The notes under the pieces are model-generated. The model did not search any database, was not told the DNA's origin, and saw only the letters and a list, made by a program, of their open reading frames with translations. This document shows positions 40,177-49,406 of a stretch of DNA of 64,000 nt, in pieces (positions within the stretch are counted from its first letter, which is position 1; the number at the start of each line of letters is the position of its first letter). The stretch is taken from NCBI GenBank assembly GCA_963737655.1, contig CAVTTN010000002.1:3200001-3264000 (forward strand), given 5' to 3'. The position numbers were made by a program, and so were the translations under genes. Source of the stretch: an uncultured Planctomycetota bacterium. GTDB taxonomy: Bacteria > Planctomycetota > Planctomycetia > Isosphaerales > Isosphaeraceae.

Positions 40177-40983
40177 ATGAATGGATTTCCACAACTTCCG
40201 ATCATCCAGCCCGATCCGCCCCCGGCGCCCCGGAAGACCCAGGCCGAGAAGTACGGCGGCCTGCTGTACCTTGGCGCAGGCGGGTTGGTGGTGCTCGTCC
40301 TCCTGATCGCGTATTTCTCCTATGGGCTGTGGTCGCATCGGACGATCTGGACGAATGTGTACGTCCTGAACGATCCCAGGCGGCCGGAGGTCGATCGGCT
40401 GAACGCCGCGTTGCGGCTGACTCGCGACCCTCTGATCACGCCCCGGCAGTTGTGGGACCTCTCGTTGAGCCGGACGCCCCCGCCTCTGGGGCGCTACCTG
40501 ATCACCGAGGGGATGACCAGCGCCGTCGTGGCCGACGACCCTCGGGCCTATGCCCTGTCGGTGGCCCGGAGCGAGGGCTGGCCCGACTGGCTCCGCATGG
40601 GCCTGGCCCGGCCGATGGCCTATGCCGCCGCCGAGGGCGAGTCGCTCCCTCTCGACGTGCTCGACGAGCTCAAGTCTCACGAGGACCCGTGCTTGCGGCT
40701 CTGGGTCGAGTTCATGAAGGCCGTCTCGAAGGATGGGGACGCCGCGGCCCGCGACGCCCTCGAATCGGCCTCGAAACGGGAAGGCCCGCTCTCGGCCATG
40801 GCCAGGGAACTGCGGACGGCGGCCCGGGCGAAGCAGCCGGAACGGAACGAGGCGCTCGATCGGGCGTCCCGGCTCGTCCGACAGGCCGACCCCGACGTCG
40901 CGGACCTCTGGGAGCGCTGGGAGGAGCGAGGCGGCCGGATCGTGCCGAGATCGGCCCCGGAGTTGCCTCCTCAGCCGAGGTGA
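40177..40983 (+). CDS. Membrane-anchored helical hypothetical protein
   Basis: Single N-terminal TM (GGLLYLGAGGLVVLVLLIAYF); helical, charged body. Confidence 0.7.
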   Translation: MNGFPQLPIIQPDPPPAPRKTQAEKYGGLLYLGAGGLVVLVLLIAYFSYGLWSHRTIWTNVYVLNDPRRPEVDRLNAALRLTRDPLITPRQLWDLSLSRTPPPLGRYLITEGMTSAVVADDPRAYALSVARSEGWPDWLRMGLARPMAYAAAEGESLPLDVLDELKSHEDPCLRLWVEFMKAVSKDGDAAARDALESASKREGPLSAMARELRTAARAKQPERNEALDRASRLVRQADPDVADLWERWEERGGRIVPRSAPELPPQPR

Positions 40984-41039
40984 ACGTCGGGCGAGGACGG
41001 GCCTCGTCCGGCTGAAACCCTCGTCCCGGAGCGGCCCTC

Positions 41040-41669
41040 ATGAAGCGATTCGCCCTCGTCGCCTGCGTTTTCGTCGCGACCGCCGGAGCCTCGCTCGCCC
41101 AGGAACCCTCCTCGGCGAAATCGAAGACGAAGCCGAAGGAAGACGCCGTCCAGATGGGTTCGGGCGTGATCCTCAAGGTCGAGCCGATCCGCAAGGAGGG
41201 CGAGTCCGAGGACAAGGCCCCAAGCCGCTGCAAGATCACGATCAACACCGCCGCCGTCTGGGCCGATTACGCCCGGGACACCGCGGATTTCTCCGCCAAG
41301 CCCAACGCGAAGAAGGGCGAGAACTCGGTCGCCACCAAGGGCGAGCCGGTCCTGGAGTCGGCCCTGATCGTCGCCGAGGTCGAGCCCTCGACGCACCTGG
41401 CCCTCCGCTATCGGTCCTCGACCGACGAGTCGGACAAGGGGTCTCGCACGATCGAAAAGGCCGAGAAAAAAGACGGATCCCCCGAGTCCAACCAGGCCGG
41501 CAAGGACGGCGAGAAGACCAGGGCGCCCAAGATCCACATGGCCGACATCAAGCCGGGCCTGTTCGTCGAGATCGAGGCCAAGAAGGGCAAGGCCAACCGG
41601 CTGATCGTCCTGAAGCCCGTCGGCGGCCCCCAGACCCCCGCGAGCGAGGACAGGCCGGAGAAGAAATAA
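41040..41669 (+). CDS. Secreted hypothetical protein
   Basis: Signal peptide MKRFALVACVFVATAGASLA; Lys-rich; strong codon bias. Confidence 0.75.
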   Translation: MKRFALVACVFVATAGASLAQEPSSAKSKTKPKEDAVQMGSGVILKVEPIRKEGESEDKAPSRCKITINTAAVWADYARDTADFSAKPNAKKGENSVATKGEPVLESALIVAEVEPSTHLALRYRSSTDESDKGSRTIEKAEKKDGSPESNQAGKDGEKTRAPKIHMADIKPGLFVEIEAKKGKANRLIVLKPVGGPQTPASEDRPEKK

Positions 41670-41759
41670 GCGGGCGACCCGGCTCCCGACTCCTCGGAGA
41701 AACGCCTCCGGCAACCGCACGGGACGCGGATTCCAGCGGATCGCGTCGGACGATTCCCC

Positions 41760-41816
41760 GTAGGGCAGGCCTTGGCCTGCCGTCTTTGCGGATCGGCAGG
41801 CCAAGGCCTGCCCTAC
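41760..41816. repeat. REP family B doublet
   Basis: Perfect 22-bp arms GTAGGGCAGGCCTTGGCCTGCC / GGCAGGCCAAGGCCTGCCCTAC between convergent genes. Confidence 0.85.
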
Positions 41817-41899
41817 GAGGAACCGTCGTGCGCGATCCGAGCGTGATCGGCCCTAAATCTGCATCATCCGCGGTCGCCGAAGGCGTTTCTTCCGCGGAC

Positions 41900-43147
41900 T
41901 CAGGATCGAAGGACCGCGAGCCGGGCCAGGTTCATGGCGGCCTTGGCGGCCCGGCTTCGGATCACGTCTCGGGGCTGCTCGGGGCCGATTTCCAGCTTGC
42001 GGGTCTCGGTCCCCGAAGCGCTGGCCACGGCGACGTAGACCAGCCCCACCGGCTTCTCGGGGGTTCCTCCGGTCGGCCCGGCGATCCCGGTGATCGCCAG
42101 GCCGAAATCGGCGCCGAAGCGGCTTCGGGCCCCTTCGGCCATCGCGTGGGCGACTTCCTCGCTGACCGCCCCGTGAGAGGCGATCGAGCCCGGAGGGACG
42201 CCGAGGAGGTCCACCTTCGCCGAGTTCGCGTAGCTGACGACGCCTCCGAGGAACACCGGCGAGACCCCGGGGATCGCCGTGATCCGCGAGGCCACCAGCC
42301 CTCCGGTGCAGCTCTCGGCCACGGCCAGCGTCTGCCCCTTGTGCAAGAGGGCCGCCACCAGGCCATCGGCCACGTCGGCCGAGCCCTCGCCGACGACCAG
42401 CTCGCCGAACCGTTCGCGGATGATGGCGACGGTGGGCTCGGCGTTGCGGATCGCCTCGGCCTCGTCGGCCCCTTCGGCGGTCACGCGGAAGCTGATGGTG
42501 GCGTCGCTGGCGGTGATCCCGACCTCGGGCACCCGGCCGCGAGCGGTCAGGTCCAGCGCCTTGGCCTCGATCTCCGACTCCCCCCGGCCGAACAGGTTCA
42601 CGACCCGGTGGACGATTACTTTCGTGGCCATCCCGCGGCTTTTCAGCCTCGGCACGACCTGATCGACGAACATCCGCTTCATCTCGTTCGGGACGCCCGG
42701 CAGGCAGACGACCACCGACGGACCGACGGCCATCCAGATCCCCGGGGCGGTCCCGATCGGGTTGGCCAGCGCCTCGGCGCCTCGAGGCAGCAGGGCCTGG
42801 ACGCGGTTCCTCTCGGTCATCGGCCGGTTCCGGCGCTCGAACAGGGCGCGGATGGCGAGGAGGGAATCGGCATCCTCGATCAAGTCCGCGCCGGCCACGG
42901 CGGCCAGGGCCTCGCGGGTCAGGTCGTCCTGGGTCGGGCCGAGCCCTCCGGTCACGACGACGAGCCCGGCCCTCTCGGTGGCGATCCGAAACGCGGAGAC
43001 GTTTTGCGCCAGGTCATCGCCCAGGCTAGTGTGGAACGCGGTGGCGATCCCCAGCTCTCCGAGGCGGAGGCTGAGCCACTGGCTGTTGGTGTCGAGCTTC
43101 TGGCCGCTGACCAGCTCGGTCCCGACGGCGACGATCTCGGCGTTCAT
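41900..43147 (-). CDS. cinA: Competence/damage-inducible protein A (MoCF-binding + NMN deamidase PncC domain)
   Basis: AVGTEL..GQKLDTNS, TGGLGPTQDDLT, LPGVP, AESCTGG, ITGIAGPTGG. Confidence 0.93.
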   Translation of the reverse strand: MNAEIVAVGTELVSGQKLDTNSQWLSLRLGELGIATAFHTSLGDDLAQNVSAFRIATERAGLVVVTGGLGPTQDDLTREALAAVAGADLIEDADSLLAIRALFERRNRPMTERNRVQALLPRGAEALANPIGTAPGIWMAVGPSVVVCLPGVPNEMKRMFVDQVVPRLKSRGMATKVIVHRVVNLFGRGESEIEAKALDLTARGRVPEVGITASDATISFRVTAEGADEAEAIRNAEPTVAIIRERFGELVVGEGSADVADGLVAALLHKGQTLAVAESCTGGLVASRITAIPGVSPVFLGGVVSYANSAKVDLLGVPPGSIASHGAVSEEVAHAMAEGARSRFGADFGLAITGIAGPTGGTPEKPVGLVYVAVASASGTETRKLEIGPEQPRDVIRSRAAKAAMNLARLAVLRS

Positions 43148-43282
43148 GAGCAAGAGGCCCCCGGACCATCCTGGCAAGGCCGACGGGCCCCGATCGGCCC
43201 TCGGCGAGAAACGCGTGGCGGAAGCGTCATTCGAGGGATCGCGGGCCGGGCTCGTCAAGGGCCGGGTCGGAGGCTCCACGGC

Positions 43283-44428
43283 TCAGAGCCTCAGGCCCCG
43301 GGCGATCAGCTCGCGTTGGATGTCGTTGGTCCCGGAATAGATCAGCGAGCCGACGCTGTCCCGCAGGTCGCGCTCGATGCCCAGGTCGGCCGTGTAGCCC
43401 GAGGCGCCGAAGATCCTCACGGCGTCCAGGCTGTTCTGGACGAAGCATTCCGACACGTGCCACTTCGCCATCGCGGCGGCGGTCGTGGCGTCCGCCCCGC
43501 GGGCCTGGAGCCAGCCGACCTTGTAGACGAGCAGGCGGCACGTTTCCAGCCGCAGCGCCATCTCGGCAATCCGGTGCGAAACCGCCTGATTCTTGCCGAT
43601 CGGCCGGCCGAACTGCTCGCGAGATCGCGCGTGGACGACGCATCGGTCGATCTGCCTCCGCATCGTGCCGAGGCTGGCGGCGAGGATCGCCCCTCGCTCC
43701 CATTCCATCGAGGCGTGGAAGACCTCGGCCCCTCGGCCTTCGCGACCAAGCAGGGCGTCGAACGGGAGCCGGCAGTCCTCGAACGCCACCTCGCCCATCG
43801 GCACGGTCCGAAGCCCCATCTTGGCGATCTCCCGGACGATCCGCAGGCCCGGCGCCTCCCTCGGGACGACGAACGCCGAGACGCCCAGCGCCCCCTGGAT
43901 CGGGTCGGTCCGGGCGTAGGCGACGAACACGTCGGCCTCGGGGGCGCCGGTACACCAGGTCTTTCGGCCGGAGAGGGTCCATCCGTCGGCGGTGCGTTCG
44001 GCCCGGGTGGTCATGGCGAAGACGTCCGAGCCGGCGGAATCCTCGCTCGCCGCGTTCGAGCCGACGAGCTCGCCGCGACACAGGCCGGGCAGCCATCGGC
44101 GCTTCTGGTCCTCGGTCCCGAACCGGGCCAGGGGCAGCGAGACGGTCCACATCGAGGCGTTCAGGCCGAAGATCAGGCCGTTGTCCTCGCACCCCAGGCC
44201 GATCCCCTCCATCGCGGCGATCGTCTCGGGCAGGCCGAGGCCCTTCCCCCCGTATTTTTCGGGGATCGGCAGGCCCTGGAGGCCGAACTTACCGGCTCGC
44301 GACCAGCCTTCCCGCCAGAACTCGCGGCGGTCGTCCCGGGCGAGGAGGTCGTCGGCCAGCTCCTCGCGAGCGAAGTCCAGGGCGGCGTCGTGCCAGCGCT
44401 GCTGATCGGGACTCAAGGCGAAATCCAT
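43283..44428 (-). CDS. Acyl-CoA/acyl-carrier dehydrogenase family protein
   Basis: SEDSAGSD, LSGRKTWCT, KMGLRT, REQFGRPIG, IYSGTNDIQR. Confidence 0.9.
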   Translation of the reverse strand: MDFALSPDQQRWHDAALDFAREELADDLLARDDRREFWREGWSRAGKFGLQGLPIPEKYGGKGLGLPETIAAMEGIGLGCEDNGLIFGLNASMWTVSLPLARFGTEDQKRRWLPGLCRGELVGSNAASEDSAGSDVFAMTTRAERTADGWTLSGRKTWCTGAPEADVFVAYARTDPIQGALGVSAFVVPREAPGLRIVREIAKMGLRTVPMGEVAFEDCRLPFDALLGREGRGAEVFHASMEWERGAILAASLGTMRRQIDRCVVHARSREQFGRPIGKNQAVSHRIAEMALRLETCRLLVYKVGWLQARGADATTAAAMAKWHVSECFVQNSLDAVRIFGASGYTADLGIERDLRDSVGSLIYSGTNDIQRELIARGLRL

Positions 44429-44456
44429 CCGGCCCGCTCCTCGTCCGACTCGTTCC

Positions 44457-45874
44457 TCATCGCGACGGCGCCACCCCTCGGGCCTTCGCGATCCGCCGTT
44501 CGATCTCCGCCGGGTCGCTCGGGATGCCCCTGGAGAGCTTCTCCGGCCCCTCGGGCGTCATCAGGTAATCATCCTCGATGCGAATGCCGATGTTCTCGGA
44601 TCGGATGTAGATTCCCGGCTCGATCGTGAACACTTCCCCGACCTGCACGGGCTTGAACGTGTCGCCCACGTCGTGGACGTCCATCCCCAGGTAATGCCCG
44701 AGCCCGTGGATGAAAAAATGGTCCATCGTGTGCTCGCGACCGGCCTCGTCCTTCGCGCGCAGGGGGCTTTTCTTCAGGTACGAGGCCACGAACATCGTCA
44801 TCTCGCCGAGCCGGGCGCCCCCGGGCTTCATGTGCCTCTCCGCCTCGGATTGGGCGTCGAGCACGAGCTGATAGATCTCGCGTTGCCGGGGCGTGAACGT
44901 GCCGCCGACGGGATAGGTGCGGGTCACGTCGGCCGCGTAGAGCTTGTACTCGGCCCCGATGTCCACGACGAGGAGGTCGCCCTCCTCCATCGTCCGCGAG
45001 TTGGCGAAATAGTGGGGGATCGTCGCGTTCGGGCCCGAGCCGATGATCGAGGCGAACGACGGGCGGACGGCCCCTCCGTCGAGGAATGCGCCCAGAACCC
45101 TGGCTTCCAGCTGATACTCTCCCAGGCCGGGCCGGAGGACCTTGACCACTTCCTCGTTCGCCTGGCCGGTGATCGCGATCGCCCGGCGCAGGAGGGCGAG
45201 TTCGGCCGGCGACTTGGCCTTCCTCATCTCGCCGACGATCGGCCCGAGGTCCTTGAATTCGGTCGTCGGCGCCCCCTGGCGGAGGAACCGGACGAACTTC
45301 GCCTCGGGGGTCGTCGCGGCCTCGGCCGGGCGAGGATTCATCGTGTAGACGATCGCATTGCGGCGCGGGCCTCCCTCGCGACGCATCGGGTCGTCGATCG
45401 CCGTGAACAATTCGCCCAGGAGTTTCGAGGACGATTTCACCTCCAAGAATCCCAGGGCGTTGGCGGCCTCCGGCCCGGGCTTCGGGTCGCTCGACGGCCC
45501 GTTCATGACGGGATGGCCCGATGGCGGCGAGAGATAGAGCACCTCGCGTTCCGAATTGGGCCAGAGGACGAGCCACGCTCCGGGCGTGTCCACCCCGGTC
45601 AGATAGGCGAAGGCGTTCCCCTGGCGGAATCGGCCTTCCTCGAAATCCTCCTTGCCCTCGTCGTCGCCCCCCTTGAGGAACACGAGCGTCTCGCGGCCGG
45701 AACGGCCCTCGGCCTCCCGGATTCGCTTCATGAGCTCCTTCCGGCGCGCGAAAAATCGGCCCGGGGCTGGTCCATCAGCCGGGGGGCGGATTCGGCCGGA
45801 GCCTCCTGAGACCGGACGACCGCAGGAAGCAACAGCAGGATCAGGGCCGCGATTTGGGCCGGGCGGAGCAGCAT
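44457..45874 (-). CDS. Secreted Xaa-Pro aminopeptidase (M24B); frameshift at ~45748
   Basis: Signal peptide in ORF 45728..45967; FRQGNAFAYLTG, DIGAE, DVTRT, HGLGHYLGMDVHD, TIEPG, RIEDD. Confidence 0.88.
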
Positions 45875-46051
45875 CGGTCCGAGACCTCCGAACGAGCGAA
45901 TCGGCGAGGGGATCGGGCCCGATTGTACGGTGGGAGCACCGCGTTTGCCTAGGAGCGTCTTGCGCAAACCCCGGGGCGATTCCTCCTCAGGAGGCCCTCG
46001 GAGGGACGGCCCTCGCGGGTTCCGTCTTCGGAACCTGGGCCACTCAACCGC

Positions 46052-47920
46052 TCACCTGGCGATCCGGAAAATCGCCGCCGATTCGCCCGCGACCTCCGCC
46101 ACCGGCCCTTTCGTCCCCGGGATCAGATCGCCGTCTCCATACAAGAGATCCGCCGTCGCGAACTTGCCGATCGCCGACGGATGGAGCGGAATCCGCCCGC
46201 GACCCTCGGCGAAGTTCAGGACGATCAGCATCCGCGATTCCCCCTCCTGACGGATGAACGCATAGGCCGCATCGGTGGCCGCCGCGTCGATCAATCGACC
46301 GGTCGTCAGCGCGGGCGAGGCTCGCCGGAGATGGATCAGCGACCGATAGGCGTCGAACGTGGCCGCTTCCTCGGCGGTGCGGCCCTCGTGAACGAAGGAG
46401 TCTCGCGGGTCGCCCGGGAACGCGCCGGGGATCGTCCGGCGGTCGTCTCCGTGGCCCGGCAGGCCGATCTCGTCGCCCCAGCTCACCTGCGGGATGCCCC
46501 GGGTCGTGAACAGGAAGGCCGCCGCCAATCGGTGACGCCGGGGTGTCACTCCCGGCACCGAACTCAGGCGCATGGTGTCGTGATTATCCAGGAATGTCAC
46601 GAGGGCGTCGGGCCGGGGGTAGAGGCCGTCCCGGGCCAGGACCCGGGCGATCTCCTTCGCCGGGCCGGTCCGGGCCGCCGCGGCGACCGCGGCCGCGTTC
46701 AGGGGGAAGTCGAACACGGAGGGGATGCCCGGGTCGATCCCGTCCCAGCCGGCCCGCCCCCCCTGGAAGAAGCAGAGGTCCGCCGGGTCGTTCACCCACG
46801 CCTCGCCCGCGACGAACAGGCCCGGAACCGTCGCTTCGAGCCGTTCGTGCCACGCCTTCCAGAACGACCGATCGACCATCGGGTACGTGTCGAGCCGGAT
46901 GCCGTCGGCCTCGCCGAAGACGGCCCACCAGAGGCTCTGCTGGATCGCGTAACGGGCCACTCGCTCGTTTCTCATGTTCAGGTCGGGAAGGATGCCGAAG
47001 AACCAGCCGTCGGTCATCCCTCGGCGGTCGGCCTCGGGGGCGTGGGGGCTGGTCAGGGCGTCGAACCGGAAATTGAGCGTCGGCGGGTGATCGATCGGGC
47101 CGTGGAACCAATCGGCCGAGGGCGGCCGGGCCACCCACCGATGCTGGGGCCCCGTGAACCCGAGGACCTGGTCCTGGATCACCTTCAGGCCGAGCCGGTG
47201 GGCCCGATCCACCAGCTCGCGATACTCCTCGAAGGTGCCGAACCGGGGGTTGATCGCGTAGAAATCGACCGGGCTGTAGCCGTGGAAGTCCGCGTACCGC
47301 CGCGCCTCGCCCGGTCCCTTCGGGCGAAACCAGCGGTCGGCCGGGCGATAGAGGGGCGTCAGCCAGAGGGTCGTCACGCCGAGGTCGGCGAGGTAGGGCA
47401 GCCTCGCCGCGATCCCCCGGAAGTCGCCGCCGTGGTAGGCGTGAGGATTCTTGCGATCGAGCATGTCCTCATGACCGGACGGCCGATCGTTCGCCGGGTC
47501 GCCGTTGGCGAAGCGGTCGGGCATGATCAGGTCGAGCACGTCTCCGGGGCCGATCGGGGCCGGTCGATGGCCCGGCCGTGGGCGAAGAGTCCAGGGGATC
47601 GAGGCCGATTCCTCGCCCCGGGAGACCGAGATCCGGGCCTCGCCGGGCCCGGCACCGGGGGGCACGATCAAATCCAGGAACAGGTAGCCATCGGATGCCT
47701 CGACCCGCTCCACCCGCCAGCCGGGCCGGTCGACCGTCGCCCGGGCCCCGTCCAGGCCGGACCCTTCGACCAGGAGCATGATGGTTTGTTCGAGAGGGGA
47801 CGTGAACCACGACGGCGGATCGACCCGGCCGATCGCAAGCTCGGCCGCCGGGGCCGGTCGGCTTACGGAAAGGAGCACGGCGAGGGCCAACGTCGATGCG
47901 AGGGCGCGAGGGCCGATCAT
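46052..47920 (-). CDS. Secreted GH13 cyclomaltodextrinase/neopullulanase-like amylase
   Basis: MPDRFANGD, YHGGD, DGIRLDT, GEAW, FLDNHD catalytic motifs; signal peptide. Confidence 0.9.
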   Translation of the reverse strand: MIGPRALASTLALAVLLSVSRPAPAAELAIGRVDPPSWFTSPLEQTIMLLVEGSGLDGARATVDRPGWRVERVEASDGYLFLDLIVPPGAGPGEARISVSRGEESASIPWTLRPRPGHRPAPIGPGDVLDLIMPDRFANGDPANDRPSGHEDMLDRKNPHAYHGGDFRGIAARLPYLADLGVTTLWLTPLYRPADRWFRPKGPGEARRYADFHGYSPVDFYAINPRFGTFEEYRELVDRAHRLGLKVIQDQVLGFTGPQHRWVARPPSADWFHGPIDHPPTLNFRFDALTSPHAPEADRRGMTDGWFFGILPDLNMRNERVARYAIQQSLWWAVFGEADGIRLDTYPMVDRSFWKAWHERLEATVPGLFVAGEAWVNDPADLCFFQGGRAGWDGIDPGIPSVFDFPLNAAAVAAAARTGPAKEIARVLARDGLYPRPDALVTFLDNHDTMRLSSVPGVTPRRHRLAAAFLFTTRGIPQVSWGDEIGLPGHGDDRRTIPGAFPGDPRDSFVHEGRTAEEAATFDAYRSLIHLRRASPALTTGRLIDAAATDAAYAFIRQEGESRMLIVLNFAEGRGRIPLHPSAIGKFATADLLYGDGDLIPGTKGPVAEVAGESAAIFRIAR

Positions 47921-48098
47921 GGGAGGGGGTCGCTCGGGCCGGATGGCAAACTCCCCGCACCTTACCAACCCACCGCCCGAGACGCGAGTGGGTGTCTGGC
48001 CGCACGGTATTTAGTTTTGAAAGAATCTACACGCAAAAATGTGATTTTGACTGGCATGAAGATTCCGCACCTCGATCGGGAGAACAAATTTCGGAAAA

Positions 48099-48200
48099 GC
48101 CTTCGGCGAAACGCAGATTACGCAGATTACGCAGATTTTCGAGCAAGAATCCAAGCCTTCTAATCTGCGTAATCTGCGTAATCTGCGTTTCGCCGAAGGC
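48099..48200. repeat. Perfect 39-bp inverted repeat, each arm containing 3x ACGCAGATT
   Basis: Arms 48099-48137 and 48162-48200; 24-nt loop. Confidence 0.9.
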
Positions 48201-48849
48201 CCTTTCTCCTCGACTGCATAACTCCTCTGGCGGCAGGGCTCGGTCGCCTCGGAGTGTTTTTGATCATCATGTTGTAGTGTGTTGATATATTTTTAATAAA
48301 AGATATGCGTTTTCCATGTTTTCGCCAAACTTGACTGCACATTCCCCGCCAAAATCGCGAAATGGGCAAGAATCAGGCCGAATCCCGGCGCGCAACGACT
48401 ACAGCTTTTCCCCGGGAATCATGGATGCACAATCGTTGCGAAGATCGTCGTAACTCCGGGCTGGGATTGGTCCCGGGGGCCATTTCGGGCAGGGGAGAAA
48501 TTCCGCGAAAGTGGCCGGGTTGCGCCACCGTCTCGACCCATCAGGCTCTCGAAATCTGACGAGGGGGGCGATGCGTCGCGGCGGTCGCCGGCCGATTTGG
48601 GGTGATCGGGGCGGCCCCGGGTCGCGATGGTCTGAACGAGGGGCGGAGGCGATCGGCGGGGGCGATCCGGGGCCTTCGCGGTTCCTCGGCTGGTCCGCTA
48701 GCAAAAGGGGGGGCGAATCGGTATGATACGAACGTGTCGTGATCCAGGCCGATGTGTCGCGCGCGTCGCCCCGATCCTCAGGGCGATCCGGGCCGCGTCC
48801 CCCCTTGCGGATGGACTCGTCCGGCGCCGGTTGTTCTCAGGAGCATTTT

Positions 48850-49080
48850 GTGGCCAAAGAGGAACCGATCCGAGTGGAGGGCCGCATCGTCGAGGCCCTT
48901 CCCAACACGCAATTCATGGTCGCCTTCGAGGAAGGCCCGCTCCGGGGCCACAAGATCCTCGCCCACATCGCCGGCAAGATGCGGAAGAACTTCATCCGCA
49001 TCGTCCCGGGCGACCGGGTGACCGTCGAGATCACCCCCTACGACACGACCAAGGGCCGGATCGTCTACCGCGAGCGCTAA
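48850..49080 (+). CDS. infA: Translation initiation factor IF-1
   Basis: GTG start after [50 protein letters not shown]. Confidence 0.96.
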   Translation: MAKEEPIRVEGRIVEALPNTQFMVAFEEGPLRGHKILAHIAGKMRKNFIRIVPGDRVTVEITPYDTTKGRIVYRER

Positions 49081-49109
49081 CCGCCCGAAATCCTGGCGGG
49101 GAGTGGACT

Positions 49110-49364
49110 TCAGGCGGCCTGTCTCTTCCTCTCGATGAGCTGGGCGATCCGGTCGAGCGAGTCGAGGTGGTCGACGCCCGCCTCGTGGGCCTCGACCGTC
49201 ACGCCGAACCGTTCTTCCAGGAAGACGACGAGCTTCAGGGTGCTGATCGAGTCCAGGACGCCCCCGGAGATCAGGGGGGTCTGGCCGGTCAGCTCCTCCG
49301 GGGCCTCTCCGGGGAGGAACTCGCGGAGGAGGAAGTCGTGGACGGTCCGAGCGATCTCGTTCAT
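49110..49364 (-). CDS. Stand-alone acyl/aminoacyl carrier protein
   Basis: GGVLDSISTL phosphopantetheine motif; FLEERFGV. Confidence 0.88.
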   Translation of the reverse strand: MNEIARTVHDFLLREFLPGEAPEELTGQTPLISGGVLDSISTLKLVVFLEERFGVTVEAHEAGVDHLDSLDRIAQLIERKRQAA

Positions 49365-49406
49365 GGGTCGAAAGTTCCGTTCCGGCAAGGGGGGGGGAGG
49401 AAGAGT

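Noticed and set aside
47896..48369. Short ORFs containing ADYADYAD / ICVICVIC repeats
   Set aside because: Translations of the 9-mer inverted repeat; no coding bias.
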